NCBI GenBank assembly: GCA_964016885.1
Contig: OZ024746.1
Location: forward strand, 9,176,001-9,240,000
Direction: 5' to 3'
DNA from: Eledone cirrhosa
Lineage: Eukaryota
Length of the DNA: 64,000 nucleotides
The position numbers were made by a program, and so were the translations under genes. Shown in pieces: positions 13,153 through 27,260 of the stretch. The notes below the pieces were generated by a model. The model did no database searches. It was not told where the DNA came from and saw only the letters and a list, made by a program, of their open reading frames with translations. Each line of letters starts with the position of its first letter. Position 1 is the stretch's first letter.

Positions 13153-13262
13153 GAGATGTATAAATTCGGTATATTACCAGTTTCTTACCAAATGCGAAGA
13201 AGCTCGATATATTAACCCCTTAGGAAAGAGTCAGAGCATAATGATTTAAAATCATATATATA

Positions 13263-13482
13263 CAGGGGCGGTGGATCATGGTGTGTGTGTGGGGGGGGGG
13301 GGGGCATATTTTCTCCCCAAACTACCAAAACACACATCTATTTGGATATGCGCTTCAATGTATGTACATGTTATATGTAACGGACATTGAAGTTTTCTGA
13401 CTATTTTACAGGGCAACTAATCACTGCAACTAAATTGACCAAATTTGGCCCCACCAATTCGGAAATGTTTCCACCTCCCCTG
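13263..13482. mobile_element. MITE-like element (CAGGGG termini); related pieces at ~12250-12330 and ~43780-43890
   Basis: CAGGGGCGGTGGA ... TCCACCTCCCCTG terminal inverted repeat. Confidence 0.55.
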
Positions 13483-13922
13483 ATATACATAACATATCTC
13501 TCTCTCTCTATATATATATATATAGAGAGAGAGAGAGGGGGGGATAATAGATAGAGAGAGAGAGAGAAGTACAGAGGGTGCAGGAGGATCAGTTAATTGT
13601 GATTTTATAAAAAGATCAAAGAAATTACTACTGTTCCATTACAACTACAGTGGGATTTCCTAGGGTAAACAACCATATTAATGTGGGAAAATCTCACTAA
13701 GGAAGGCAACCCTTATGTTAAGAAACTCATTTACCTGGAAGAAACACGAATTCGCCGTCTCAGATTCACACACTTAATGTAGCGGTCCTTCAGCTTTTTT
13801 AAACCGTGTAAAAAGAACTCAGTAGGTTTGGTCTCCAGCCAGGCCTCACGATTCCCTTAAAACCAGAAATATTTCAGCAACCTCCCGTATATATACATAT
13901 ATATATACATGTATGAATGCAC

Positions 13923-13965
<43 letters not shown>

Positions 13966-14267
13966 GTGGGGTGCATGTATTCTGTTCCGTCATGAACACA
14001 ACAAATGAAATCCTTCTTGTACATCAAACCGTAACAACTGATGCTCAAACGGTCCATTGACTTATTCAGCTGATGAGATTAAATCTAATAGCGTAACTAT
14101 AAGAATTAGAAATATATTTCCGTAATCTATTCAAAGTATGAATCAATAAATATTATTTTACACAGCGAGCAACTCTACATAATACTGAATTGTACTACAG
14201 ATTCCTCTGAAGGAACTAAACCACTTCGAGAATAATAAAAATAATTCTTCGGATTTTGCTTAAGGAG

Positions 14268-14840
14268 AAACCTTGATAGGTTTGAAGCCGAGTGCTACCT
14301 CGCTGGAATGAAAATCGGTGCAGCGAAACCCGAGACACTCCTCCTCTCAATGAAGTTCGCGCAGTGCACTTTACATGTGAATAGAGCTCCACTGGAGCTG
14401 GTGGAGAAGTTCAAGTTTCTTGGGGCCGTGTTCACGACTAACGGAAGACAGGAGGCTGAAATAAGTGCAAGAAATGCAGGGACTGGTGCAGTAATACGCC
14501 TGCTTCAGCATTCGGTAATCAGAATAATGGAGGTAGATGTAAAAGCCAGACTCGCTATCTGCAGTTCGGTATTCGTGTCGACCCTTATGTATGGTTATGA
14601 ATTTTGGGTACCGACTGAAAGTTTACGATCACGCGGCCGAAACGGAGTTCCTCCGAAAGGTCTTTGGAGTAACATTACTCAATAGATTGCATAGCTCGGA
14701 TAACAGAATTTCACTCCAGTTAAACCCGCTACGTCTCCGAATTCAGAGATCACACCTCTGATACTATCTCTGGACAGAATTTACGGGCAAATATCAACCG
14801 GCAGGAAAACCTGGGCAGACCGCGTGTAAGGTGGTGTCTG
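14268..14840 (+). pseudogene. RTE-clade (Expander/Rex3-like) LINE ORF2 fragment, RT C-terminal part
   Basis: LDRFEAEC..GMKI...VEKFKFLG...EISAR...TLMYGYEFW...EFLRKV..GRPRVRW, with frameshift and stops. Confidence 0.85.
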
Positions 14841-14874
14841 AAATTTGTATGTTAAAATATAAAATAAATAAATG

Positions 14875-14937
<63 letters not shown>

Positions 14938-16369
14938 CTGTGTGTGTGATTGGTATATTTCATCTGTCTTTATACTGTGCTCTGTGAATGGATAACAGTT
15001 GTTTTAGCTTATAAGCTGTATTCCATAGCTCACATATGGGCCTATCAAGAGAAACATTAACATACTCTAATATATTAGTTCTCTTAAAATTCCTTCTACT
15101 GTTGTTTTCGGTGGTCGTTTTCTACTCTGTGTTGTAACGAATAACTGGTAGTAAACAAAAATGAATATAACACGTGTCAGTGCGACAAATCTACATAATT
15201 TGACAGAAATTAATATGACACCTTATCACTAGGTAACGGTTGCACATCGTTTAATCGTTGCTGCAAACTCTGCATTTTATTTCGTGCAGTAACTGTTCAG
15301 TTGCTTGCAGCTAGGGAGTTGTTTATAAAATTGCCGACAAAACCTGAGAAGGCATAAAACCTTGACAACTACGGATCGATTGCACGTTTCATGAATATTG
15401 ATGGCGGAGGGGGGGGGGTATCAAATTAACATGGAATCCCTTCTTAACCAATAGAAAAGATCTTTATGGAAAAGTATCTTATACATAAAAGAATGATTCT
15501 ATTAATAGATAGAATAGAAAATAAAATCAACAAGAAAAGCATATTTAATCACGGAACAACGTCGTCTTACAAAAGCTGGTTTTGACAGCATACATGTTGC
15601 GCAGATTTTGAAAACATTTGAATTAAATTCTATCATATTTATGTAAACAGATATAAGTGCATTTTAGTATTAATTTGAAAACATTTCAAATTTATTGCTA
15701 AAATAGTGAAGAAACATAATTTCAGGAGCAGTATAAATAGCGATTTAATATTCGTTTAGATATAATCTGCACTGTTTATGAAATATATGAAAATGGAAAA
15801 TTTATCGGGTAGTAAATTAAGATTTTTTAAAAGATTTCGCACTACAGCACATTTTTGCAACATAAATATATAAATAATTATATCTCGTGTAGGGATGAAG
15901 TCTAATACATTACAATACGTTATGGAAAAGTGTGAATGTTATGGTGTCGACTTTGTTGTTACTGTTGTTTAGCCTCAGGGTAACCTTGATTGATCAGATT
16001 TTTCCTCAAAGAAAGACGTGATTATCCAGTGATTTAGCAAACGCAGTGTTTATATATGATACAATGTTTCACCATCCTTTCTTCAGAGTGAGCAAATATG
16101 CAGAGCTTCTCTCGTTGACACGTTACATATATGTTTGGCAATGTCAATTGCTTCACGTCTTAGTCGGAATAGGCTTTCTTTTCCTACAAGGTACACAACA
16201 ATTTGAAAGGTCCATAAATTAATCCTGTATATTTCTAATGTCACAGTCAGTTCGATACGCAAGGACAGTATCATCGAAGTTATGATAATTTAACACTTAT
16301 TATCTAATAGTTATTGTTCATGAGTAACACCGTGCAGGTCAGCTTAACCTAAAAAACTCAAAAACTCAG

Positions 16370-16514
<145 letters not shown>

Positions 16515-16604
16515 GTATATGTTGGTTGTATACCAACACCTCAGTATGCAGATTGGAGCACTCGACGAAGTGCACAGGTTGGTTTGGTTACTCCGGAGTA
16601 ATGT

Positions 16605-16955
16605 AAAATAAAATAAAATAAATAAGTCAAATGTTTAAAATTTGGCTTCGTTTATTACTGCTATATATATATATTTCGGTTGAGGTGTTTAACTTTGTCA
16701 ATACTCTGATATGCCCAGTTCCTGGTTGGGTTGTTATTTCACTGAGGAACTGTGAAATAACAACCCAACCAGGAACTGGGCATATCAGACTATTGAGAAA
16801 GTTATACACCTCAACAACATGTGTACTCGTCTCTACCACACTAATTGGGACGGCCTGAAGAGGTCACAGCCAAAGATGGCTGTCATCGAAATATATAAAG
16901 CAGTAATAACGAAGCCAAATTTTAAACATTTGACTGACTTATTTTATTTTATTTT
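16605..16955 (+). mobile_element. Palindromic HHR element (family C)
   Basis: Nested inverted arms; the left arm lacks the HHR 5' core; homologous to 50723-50935. Confidence 0.8.
16850..16904 (+). ncRNA. Hammerhead ribozyme with mutated cleavage triplet
   Basis: acggc-CTGAAGA-ggtcacagcc-aaagat-ggctgtcatc-GAAA-tatataaa-gcagt. Confidence 0.7.
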
Positions 16956-17005
16956 ATATATATATATATATATACATATACACACACGCAGACGCACGCA
17001 CACAA

Positions 17006-17072
<67 letters not shown>

Positions 17073-17132
17073 TATATATACATACATATATATATATATA
17101 TACATACATATATATATATATATATATATGAG

Positions 17133-17164
<32 letters not shown>

Positions 17165-17640
17165 AATACATATATATCATCATCATCATCAACTTCGTTT
17201 AACGTCCATCTTCCATGCTACCATATATATATGTATATATATATATGTGTGTGTGTGTATAAAAAACCGGGATTACTTCCCTTTGGGAAAACCATGTGAC
17301 CGCCAGCACTGTTTACTGCTATAATTCACTACCGGCGCGGCTGAGAACGGAACCTGTTGAGAAAGTGAATCCTCTGTTCGATCTTTCAAAACCAATAACT
17401 CAGATTTTCACAGAAACCCGACGGAGATATTGCATACATCGACGCGATGGTCCAGGTTTGTCAAATTAACCTGAGTCAGTTTTCACGTTGCTTTGGTCCC
17501 TGCGGCTGCCTTACCTCACATGTGCTTTCATAACCTGTGAGATTCTGGCGCACGAAGAGCAAAATGCCTGTTGAGAAAGCGATGCCTTGTTCGATCATTA
17601 TACCAAAAGCTTATTTTTTATAAGCAGACAGTATTATTGA

Positions 17641-17752
17641 TTTCAAATCCCGCCGTGGTTGACTTTGCCTTTTATCCTTACGGGGTCGATAAAATAATGT
17701 ACCAGTAATGCACTGGGTAATTGCTGGCCTTGTGCCTAAAGTAGAAACAATT
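17641..17752 (+). mobile_element. 5'-truncated SINE (main family)
   Basis: B box to tail; flanked by ATTATT. Confidence 0.85.
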
Positions 17753-18092
17753 ATTTATTTATTTAGGCGTTGCAGAAACCCAAATATCGGAGTATTCCAT
17801 CTTCCCCGAGGGTCCGGGTAACTATTTCAATCATATCTTATTTTGTTTGACCCGTTTAGCTTGTTCGCTTTTTTGGCTAAGGTGGTTAATGCCTTCTTAA
17901 CCATCGTTTCAATTTTTATGACCATTTTAACTTATGTTTATAGCTCTTGTATCTCCATATGCATGGAGCGCTTGTCTGCGCAATACAGAAGTTGCTTTTC
18001 GCCAATTTATACCCGCCGAAATGCGATTCTCGCTAAATTTATATTTATATATATATATATATAATTTTCGCTCTACATGGCTGAATACAATA

Positions 18093-18659
18093 AATGTAAT
18101 CTGAGTTTTTCGAATATTAATAATAATATTCAATTCGTTTGCAATTATACAAACAAGCCTCATTTTTAAAGCCATGTCAGTAGAATGAACCCCTCACTCT
18201 CTGTTCTTGTGTTGGCATGTAAACAAATTTCTTTTTCTTTTTTTATTCTTTTATTTTTTTTTTTATTCGAATATGGCAAAGCCGGCCATTGATCGCTCGT
18301 ATACAGGAAATGACTGGTCAGTCTGCTGATACGCAAATCTGGCTGATCAGTGGATCTGATAATATACAAATCTGACTGATCAGCCAGTCTGCTAATATGC
18401 AAATCAGGCCGATCAGTCACTGTATATTTTAGAAAATATCATGTATTTTCACTAGCTCTGACAGTTGGCAGGTGAAGAGTGAACTGTACTGATGAAGGGT
18501 GATACCCGGAAACATTAGTGTCTGCAGTTCTGTTTACATGCCAACACAAGAGCAAGAATGAGGGACTCATTCTACTGACATGGCCTTTAAAATGAGGCTT
18601 GTTTGCATAATTGCAAACAAATCGAATATCATTATTAATATTCGAAAAGCTTAGATTAC

Positions 18660-18665
<6 letters not shown>
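18093..18665 (+). mobile_element. Penelope-type pseudo-LTR element with ~135-bp inverted 5' arm
   Basis: 18093-18228 is the reverse complement of 18531-18665; internal ~33-bp imperfect tandem repeat; HHR at 18481. Confidence 0.8.
18481..18530 (+). ncRNA. Type I hammerhead ribozyme, canonical
   Basis: gaactgta-CTGATGA-a-gggt-gat-accc-g-GAAA-cattagtg-TC-tgcagttc; GUC cleavage triplet. Confidence 0.9.
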
Positions 18666-18735
<70 letters not shown>

Positions 18736-19618
18736 GGACAAATATAATCTATGGGTTAACTGCTAATATTTTCAAGATAAAGTGATTTTAGATACTATAA
18801 GTACAAATTTGAATGAGAAAAGGGGAAAAGCTCCACTATTTGATAGTAACTAATTGTGTGTGTGTGTTTTTTCGTGTGTGTGTGTGTGTGTGTACTTAAT
18901 TAATCACTTAATTGATACTGTCAGAACCTCAAATTCCCGACCTCGACAAAAAGATAGCCTCGTGTATTGAAAAAAAAAAGCGTACAGTAAAATTTAAGCA
19001 AAGCTTGCTGAAAAAGTATTTTCGGAAATCGATTGCAGCCAATAGATCGATAATAACAATAAAATGTCGGTAATTTTAGCTAATTCTCTGTTGAGTTGAT
19101 GGTTCTCTTCTGAACGACCCCTGGGTGAGTGAAAGAGAGATCAGAAGGTATATAACAAAGGAATGGGATTTGTTGAAAATTATATTAGGCGGGCAAACGT
19201 TTTCATGCTTTTATTCACCATTGTCTGTCATATCGCATAATCAATTTGCCTTTAGAAAAGCTGACACAACTGACATCTTTCTTTATAGAATATTTTGTAC
19301 AGTTGAAATTACCCTGGACTACCATTATAGACAGGGCGTCAATCCTTTGTTACAAAACATGAAAGAATCTCATTCCTAACCCTGAACCTCTGTAAAATCC
19401 ATCAACTGAGAAGTAACTGTACACGCCATCATACCTATTACACATCGACAGAATTGACTTTTCAACAGCTTATGTAGCATTCTACCCAAACCTTTCTCGC
19501 TACATCTCTCACTAATGCATTTATTCACACTTTGCTTTTACATTATTTTCTCTTTCTATGACCCCCTCCTTATCTTTTCTCTCTTTCTCTCTCTCTCCCA
19601 CAGATACACACACACACA

Positions 19619-19700
<82 letters not shown>

Positions 19701-20231
19701 ATCCCAAATCTTCACAAACTCCCCCTTTTTATATCAATTGCTTGTCCCATTCTTTTCTAAACCCTTCTCATTGTTGAAGCTTGTTAAATTCAAATGGTAC
19801 ATGACATATATATTATTTATGTTTAGCTACGTATATAGTAATGTGTCATTTTATCATATCTATTGTCAGAAAAGTATAAACTAAACGGTGTTAATAGAGA
19901 GGTTAAATAATATAAAGAAGGTTGCAGCCATGTAACAGCAAAGGCTAATCACAAACTATATGTCGTTTATAATTTTTTGTTTTTATCCGGCCATTAAAAG
20001 TGTCTCGTCTTTGTCCGTATCGAAAGTAGCGGTAAAATTTACTTCAAAGAAGTCTTTTTCGAGAGGCATTGAGAATAAACTCAATAGTTAAATGTACTAA
20101 AACAAAATATACTTGTGCACTCACATATACATACACATACACACACATACATGTATGTACGAATGTATGTATGCATGTATGTATGTATATATACATATTT
20201 AAAAATATGTGTATATGCATATATGTGTATA

Positions 20232-20333
<102 letters not shown>

Positions 20334-20341
20334 TAGATATT

Positions 20342-20378
<37 letters not shown>

Positions 20379-20382
20379 ATTT

Positions 20383-20746
20383 AAAAAAGGAAAATAATGA
20401 TTTCGTTTGTAGTTCTAAATAATTTAATTTAATTTTATAATATTATAACTTTACAATTTGGTTTGTTAGATGTAATAAGTTCTTTGTTAACTTCGGTGGG
20501 GAGATTTTTTAAAGATTCTGGTTAACTTAACTGGAGAACTTTCCCGCGTTCGTCGGTGGCCATTGTCAAACTGACGAATGCCAGAAAGCTCTCCAGAAAA
20601 GTTAAACAGGAATCTTGAAAAAATATCCCCACCGAAGTTAAAAAACATCTTACTAGATCTACCAGACCAAATTGTAAAATTGTAATATTATAATATTAAA
20701 TTAAATTGTTTAGAACTACAAGAGAAGTCATTCTTTTCCTTTTTTC
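20383..20746. mobile_element. Old palindromic MITE-like element (~175-bp arms)
   Basis: Diverged inverted arms centred on ~20562. Confidence 0.7.
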
Positions 20747-21059
20747 AAACATACCTAACCGTACCAAGGATTTCACACATTTTCCAATATATATATATAT
20801 ATATATACATATATATATCATATATATATTTTTTGTATGTATATATGTATGTGTGTATGTGTACGGAACACCATACCTGGCTTTGAACATTCGATTGATT
20901 AGAGAAGCACTAATCGAACATTTGAATGCAGTAAATGGTATATCAGAACGAATGTATTCTAAATGTATGAATGGTGCTAAAATCTATAATGCAACTCACG
21001 TCGATTGCACGTCATTTTATAAATTGGATAACCAATTATTACTCGAATATAATAGAATG

Positions 21060-21125
<66 letters not shown>

Positions 21126-21129
<4 letters not shown>

Positions 21130-21322
21130 CGAAGGAAATGTGGTAAGGAACCAGATGGACCAAAACGCACCAAAGTACTCAATACTTAAGGTAGTAGAGT
21201 GGGTAATAGGAACGAGTAGGACCCCGACGGCTGAGCTGAAGCCGTTTCGACGGCTAATTCTGGTCCAGAATTAACCGTCGAAACGGCTTCAGCTCAGCCG
21301 TCGGGGTCCTACTCATTGCTAT
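21126..21322 (-). mobile_element. Family A HHR-derived palindromic element
   Basis: Axis AATTCTGGTCCAGAATT; flanked by (TA)n. Confidence 0.85.
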
Positions 21323-21337
21323 ATATATATATATATT

Positions 21338-21431
<94 letters not shown>

Positions 21432-21434
21432 CTA

Positions 21435-21815
21435 TTTTACTCATTTACTGTTTTACCTGTTCCAGCCATCTGGCTAAGGCCATGCTGGAGCACCGCCCTT
21501 GTTGCTACATATTCTGTCTCCAGCTTGTGTTGGCAAGAGGGACTTCGTTGCTGCTGCCTTTAGGTTACCTTCATACCGTGCTGTGAGCTCATCCGGGATC
21601 CTGGATAGCGAGGGGTCGAGATGTTTCTTGAAAACATCCACGTCCACACCATGCAGATCTCTCAAATCCCTTGGCAGCATGTTGAAGAGTTGTGGGCCTT
21701 TGAACCCCAGGATATCTGCTCTTTATTCTAGATGTGGAAGACGCGACGTTTGGCACCATAGAGTGACCTTCTGTTCGGGGGTTAGTGCAGCTCCCAATGC
21801 CAAAGTTTGGTTCTA
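21435..21815 (-). pseudogene. CR1-type LINE 3' end
   Basis: GFKGPQLFNMLPRDLRDLHGVDVDVFKKHLD..LSRIPDE..AAATKSL; tail CTCCAGCATGGCC. Confidence 0.8.
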
Positions 21816-22165
21816 GTCCCCTCAGGATTTTCTATATATATATCACTGCGTATCTCTCCCGTCTTCGTTCCAAAGAGTAGAGTTTCACTTCTTTTATCGT
21901 TATATATATATATAGCTTATGGAACAGCAACATCACAACTTACAATTAAGGACAAAATGAAAACACACACACACATAGAACAAACAACCAATCAACAATA
22001 AATAAATAAATAAATAAATAAATAAACAAATAGATAAATGAACACAAACACACACAGACACCCGGATGTGGCGCATGCGCAAACTGAGCACACAACACAC
22101 ACACAGAAACAAAATGGCGTAGGATAGAAGAAAGGAAAGGCACAGAAACAAAGAAAGGAATCCCC

Positions 22166-22210
22166 AGTCACTGAAGATGTCACAGAGTGTGTGACGAAAG
22201 GACTATGACT
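22166..22210 (+). ncRNA. Minimal type I hammerhead in a family B element ending at ~22373
   Basis: agtca-CTGAAGA-t-gtcac-agagtgt-gtgac-GAAA-ggac-TA-tgact. Confidence 0.85.
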
Positions 22211-22368
22211 ATATATAAACAACTATCTGGTTGTGGAACCAACCAACCAACCAGAAATTTATCAGTTTGTAGATTTGTAAATTTATAAATTTATAAATAT
22301 ATAATAAATTGAAGTGAAAGCAACTGGTGCGTGTGTTTCTTATTGGCAACATGACCCTCCCAAAGTAT

Positions 22369-22496
<128 letters not shown>

Positions 22497-22524
22497 ATGT
22501 ATATAGATATATATAGATAGATAT

Positions 22525-22703
22525 ATAGGAACAAATAAGACCCCGACGGCTGAGCTCAAGCCGTTTCGACGGCTAATTCCGTCGAAACGGCTTGAGCTCA
22601 GCCGTCGGGGTCTTATTTGTTCCTATTACCCACTCTACTACCCTAAGTATTGAGTACTTTGGTGCGTTATGGTCCACCTGGTTCCTTACCACATTTCGTT
22701 CGT

Positions 22704-22705
<2 letters not shown>
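22525..22705 (+). mobile_element. Family A HHR-derived palindromic element
   Basis: Near-perfect ~45-bp arms around CTAATT; TA-rich flanks. Confidence 0.85.
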
Positions 22706-22734
<29 letters not shown>

Positions 22735-23370
22735 ATATATATGTATATATATATGTGTGTGTGTATATATATATATATATTTACATTTATATATAGAGAG
22801 AGAAAGATGCAATGGGTGTTTACAAAGGTGTATAAATGAATACCTATGCATAAGTACAGACATTCTACATACATATATATATATATACAAACATTTACAT
22901 GGGTGTATGCATGCATGTATACACACATACGCACACATACACACACATTCACACAAATACACCCACGCATATTATATATTCATATACACACATTTGCTTG
23001 GGTGAATGCAAGCATGTATGCACACATACACACATACACACATATACACACAGACACAAACACACCCACTCATATTATATGTTTATATGCATACGCAAAT
23101 ATGTAAATAAGGGGGAAAGAGAGAGAAACTTTCTGGAATAGCAAATCGTTAATTTCCGTCAGAAATGATAATTAATAAATTAATATTTCCGTTTATTTCT
23201 TCCATAATCGTTGAAATAGAGAAAACAAGCTGAGTGGTAGGCAGCAATATTTCACAACCCATTTTGAAGTACTTCGATGAAGTTGTATTGAGTTATCCCA
23301 TCATACACAATATGTTATTCAAACCCCGTTCACATATTAATCTGTACGTCACATTGACACACTCTAACTC

Positions 23371-23897
23371 TCATTATATGTAAGGATGAAAGGCAAAGTT
23401 AATCCTGCCGAGGTTAACTTTGCCTTTCATCCTTACGGGGTCGATAAAATAAAGTACCAGTAATGCACTGGGTAATTGCTGGCCTTGTGCCAAATGTAGA
23501 AACAATTATATGAAAGGTGGATTGGCAGTATCGGTAGAGGGTCGGACGCCATGTTTTCCAGCATAGTTACGTCCCTTTACGATCTGAGTTCAAATCCCGT
23601 CGAGGTTGACTTTGCCTTTCATCCTTACGGGGTCGATAAAATAAAGTACCAGTAATGCACTGGGTAATTGCTGGCCTTGTGCCTAAAGTAGAAACAATTA
23701 TATGAAAGGTGAATTGGCAGTATCGGTAGAGGGTTGGACGCCATGCTTTCTAGCATAGTTACGTCCCTTTACAGTCTGAGTTCAAATCCCGCCGAGGTTA
23801 ACTTTGCCTTTCATCCTTACGGGGTCGATAAAATAAAGTACCAGTAATGTACTGGCTAATTGCTGGCCTTGTGCCTAAAGTAGAAACAATTATATGA
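23371..23897 (+). mobile_element. Three head-to-tail SINE copies; the first is 5'-inverted and truncated
   Basis: Copies separated by and ending in ATTATATGAAAG; upstream flank is ATTATATG. Confidence 0.9.
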
Positions 23898-24315
23898 AAG
23901 TATCCTGCTGCTCCAAGCTTTTCAGTATTTCTCTTTGTACTCTAGCTTTAGTGCCTTATCATACCTGCTCATAAATCATGTTGTTTACAAAACACGAACG
24001 AGAGAGAGAGAGGGGGTGAGAGAGAACGAACACGAGAGAAAGAGAGGGGGAAACAAGTGAGAGAGAGAGAACGAGAGAGAATAAAAGAGTGAGGGATAGA
24101 GAACGAGAGATAACGAGAGAGAGAACGAGATACTTTGAATCTAAAAACATCCTTTTTTTTTCTCTCTCACTCGTTTTCTGTCACTCTCCTTCTCTCGCTC
24201 TCACTCATTTTCTCTCGTTTTCTCTCTCTCTCCCTTACTCTTTTGTTCTCTCTCGTTCTCTCTCTCTCTCCCTCATTTTCCCTCTCTCTCACTCTTCTTC
24301 GTTCTCTCTCACCCC

Positions 24316-24349
<34 letters not shown>

Positions 24350-24531
24350 CGTTCATTCTCACCTTCTCACTCACCTTCTCTCACTCACCTTCTCTCACTC
24401 CCTCTCTTTCTCTCGTTCTCTCTCCCTTCTTCTTTTGATGTGCATTCTCTTTCTTTATTTCTTTATACATGATGCTTGACGGGCCAATTAATAAACAAAT
24501 CAAAATCCATTTAGATTTCATTATTAAATAC

Positions 24532-24717
24532 GCGGTGGATTGGCAGTATCGGTAGAGGGTCGGACGCCATTCTTTCCAGCATAGTTACGTCCCTTTACGA
24601 TCTGAGTTCAAATCCCGCCGAGATTGACTTTGCCTTTCATCCTTACGGAGTCGATAAAATAAATTACCAGTAATGCACTGGGTAATTGCTGGCCTTGTGC
24701 CTAAAGTAGAAACAATT
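24532..24717 (+). mobile_element. tRNA-derived SINE (main family)
   Basis: TSD ATTATTAAATA. Confidence 0.9.
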
Positions 24718-24738
24718 ATTAAATATTTCCGAAACTAG

Positions 24739-24814
24739 TATTTTTAGGGGGCTACAGCAATGCATATTTTTAGGGGGCTACAGCCATGCATATTTTTAGG
24801 GGGCTACAGCAATG
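24739..24814. repeat. 26-bp minisatellite x3
   Basis: TATTTTTAGGGGGCTACAGC(A/C)ATGCA. Confidence 0.95.
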
Positions 24815-25102
24815 TCAGACATTAAATCATAAAAATTACGACAAATTATTGGAATATTACCTTGGATGTTCCAACAATTTATTATTTCAGGATGAAATGA
24901 CATCGCCAAGAAATGAGTTAAATGTAGGAAGATGAAACAAAATACATTGTGTCGTTTGTTCTGTTGCTCCGATTTAGTTTCCGGAACGCTTCTTTTGACA
25001 AAAAGAAAAGACTTATCACAGAGATTAACGCCTAATTAAATTCCATCAAGTTAACTCCAACAACTTCATCGTTATCGTTGTCATTCAGTGTCTCGTTTAT
25101 AT

Positions 25103-25410
25103 TTCTTCTTCTTCCTCTTCCTCTTCCTCTTCCTCTTCTTCTTCTTCTTCTTCTTCTTCTGCTTCTTCTTCTTCTTCTTCTTCTTCTTGAGAAGGTCGTG
25201 GGAGCAGAGTCCTCAAACATTCCTTCCAACGGGTCCTGTCAGAAGCAACTGTTATCAACTGATCCGGGTTGGATCCCCAAGTGGGATCAGCCAAGCTCAT
25301 GGATGTTATCCAAACCTCTTGCTCGGGGTCTAACTTTGGCCCTCTTGTCGGTCTTTGCCCGTGAAATCTGTCCAGCGATTTCTTCCTCGGACATTCTAAC
25401 CGCATTGCAT
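25103..25410 (-). pseudogene. RTE-clade LINE 3' end adjoining (GAA)n
   Basis: ..LITVASDRTRWKECLRTLLPRP followed by GAA repeats. Confidence 0.65.
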
Positions 25411-26360
25411 TGAAGTAACCCTCTAAAAAACTATTTTCTACAATTTTCATGATACTTCATGCAAACTACAATACCTTTCTATTTCAAAGACTTTGCAATA
25501 AAACGTAATGAAACCAATCGTGTATTGTTGGTAATGATACTAGTAAAGCTTGTTCTCCACCTTATAAAAACAAAACATGAAATATTTGACAATGCAACCA
25601 ACGAGAACTACAGAGTGAGAATTATAAACCTCGTATTAAGGAAACATCCAGAAAGGAATAAATAAATCAACTTGTAAATATAATATAGTTATTTGAACTC
25701 TTAAGCTACAACAAGCATATCACTCACAAGACATCTGTAGTATCTGTGCTGACAACTACATTTGAATTTTTAAATTAATCACTACGAGAACTTAACAAGA
25801 TGAATGTAAGTTCTTAGAAACCTGTGCAGTGTTACTGGAAATGTTAATACTAGTTGTTGTGTAGGCGGATAATCTTTCCCCACGCAAAGATCGTAGCCAT
25901 TGCTTTTAATCTCCATTAATATCATATAAGAAGACCTGGATTGTAACACTGAAGCAAAATCTCCAGCAGAGAGAAAACACACCAACTATACAACTTCAAT
26001 TTGCAAACACGGAAATAAAAACATCATTGTAATAGCTAATGAAACATGCTGGGAAACATGAAATAAAACTTAATGCTGAAATTGTCTGAGAAATTTTTAA
26101 ATGAAGCAGTTCAGTAAAAGGATTGTCCATTAGTAGATGAAACTAGAAGGATATTTAGGTCTAATTTTAATATTGCAGTCGCGTGTGTATAAACGTGCGT
26201 TCGTATATGCAAACATGCATACATACATACAGGCATGTATGTATGGGTACATACATACATCTATACATCTATCAATCTATCAATCTAAACATACACCCAC
26301 ACACACACATACATACATACATACATACATACATACATACATACATACATACATACATAC

Positions 26361-26770
26361 ATGGTGGCTGCCAACACGTTTTCGAGTACGGCCACTACTT
26401 TATATCCATGAGGAGAACCCCTACCAATGCGCTGAACGAGTGTGACTTTTTAGTCCAGCCAGCGACTTGAAAACTCTGGTACAAACACTACACTTGTGAC
26501 AATTATTGACACAGTGCTGGGCACATCGTACCATGTGACGACAAGTGCAGAGAGATCTCCAGATATAAAGCAATGCCTGTATCGTGAAGCTTGTATAGTG
26601 AGCAAAGGCACTGTACAAAGCCAGTCCCACTCTCTTAACCAAGATGATATTTACCAAAAGGAAGAACAAGTAAACATCATTGGATACCATCAGAGTTGCA
26701 GGTGTTATATCAGAGTTTTCCTTCTCCTAGAATTCTGCCTTGACAAAGGCTAAGGGGTCATCTCTCCCGG
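26361..26770 (-). mobile_element. Bipartite non-autonomous RTE derivative (5'UTR + 3' zinc-finger end) with (ATGT)n tail
   Basis: RTE 5'UTR-like motif CTAGGAGAAGGAAAACTCTGATATAA joined to C2H2 CSVCTRVFKSLAGLKSHTRSAH; homolog at 31990-32425. Confidence 0.7.
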
Positions 26771-26818
26771 ATACATACATACATACATACATACATACAT
26801 ACATACATACATACATAC

Positions 26819-27260
26819 AAACTGCCACCAAATTAAAGCACAACCGGCCTGATATTGTAGTTTGGGACCACACATTGAAAACGTGTTCTGTTGTGGAGAT
26901 CAGCTGCCCACTTGATGTAAACGTTGTCAGAAAAATACAGGAGAAGGAGGACATCTACGGACCATTGATGAGGAGTTTACAAATCCAGTATCCAAGATAC
27001 ACCTTTAGCTTCATACCCATCATTATTGGTGCTACGGGTTATATACCCGCTTGGACCAAAGTATGACTGAACTTGGATTTGCGGACAAAAAGCGCAGCTC
27101 CCTAATTCATAGTCTACAAATGGCTGCGATAGCTGGCACCTTCAAAATTTGCAAAACATTCTTGCGATTCAAGGGATGACAATTTCTTTTCTTTTACAAC
27201 CTTGCCACCAGGAAGGTGGCCGGTCAAAAAAATATACTCAAAATTAAGAGAAAGAGAAAA
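26819..27260 (+). pseudogene. RLE-type (R4/Dong-like) non-LTR retrotransposon 3' end within (TACA)n
   Basis: KHNRPDIVVWD...VVEISCP....KEDIY...PIIIGATG then MAAIAGTFKICKTFL; (TACA)n on both sides. Confidence 0.85.

Noticed and set aside
14064-14106. CTGATGA-gat-taa-atc as a hammerhead
   Set aside because: GAAA is absent (TAAT) and stem I is poor
20530-20600. CTGACGA..GAAA at the centre of the 20.4-20.7 kb palindrome
   Set aside because: No pairable stem II or stem I; treated as a plain MITE-like palindrome
23516-23600. SINE heads as tRNA genes
   Set aside because: A and B boxes are present but there is no cloverleaf, and they always continue into the SINE body
24739-24814. Direct repeats as a CRISPR-like array
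   Set aside because: No spacers and a eukaryotic context; it is a simple minisatellite
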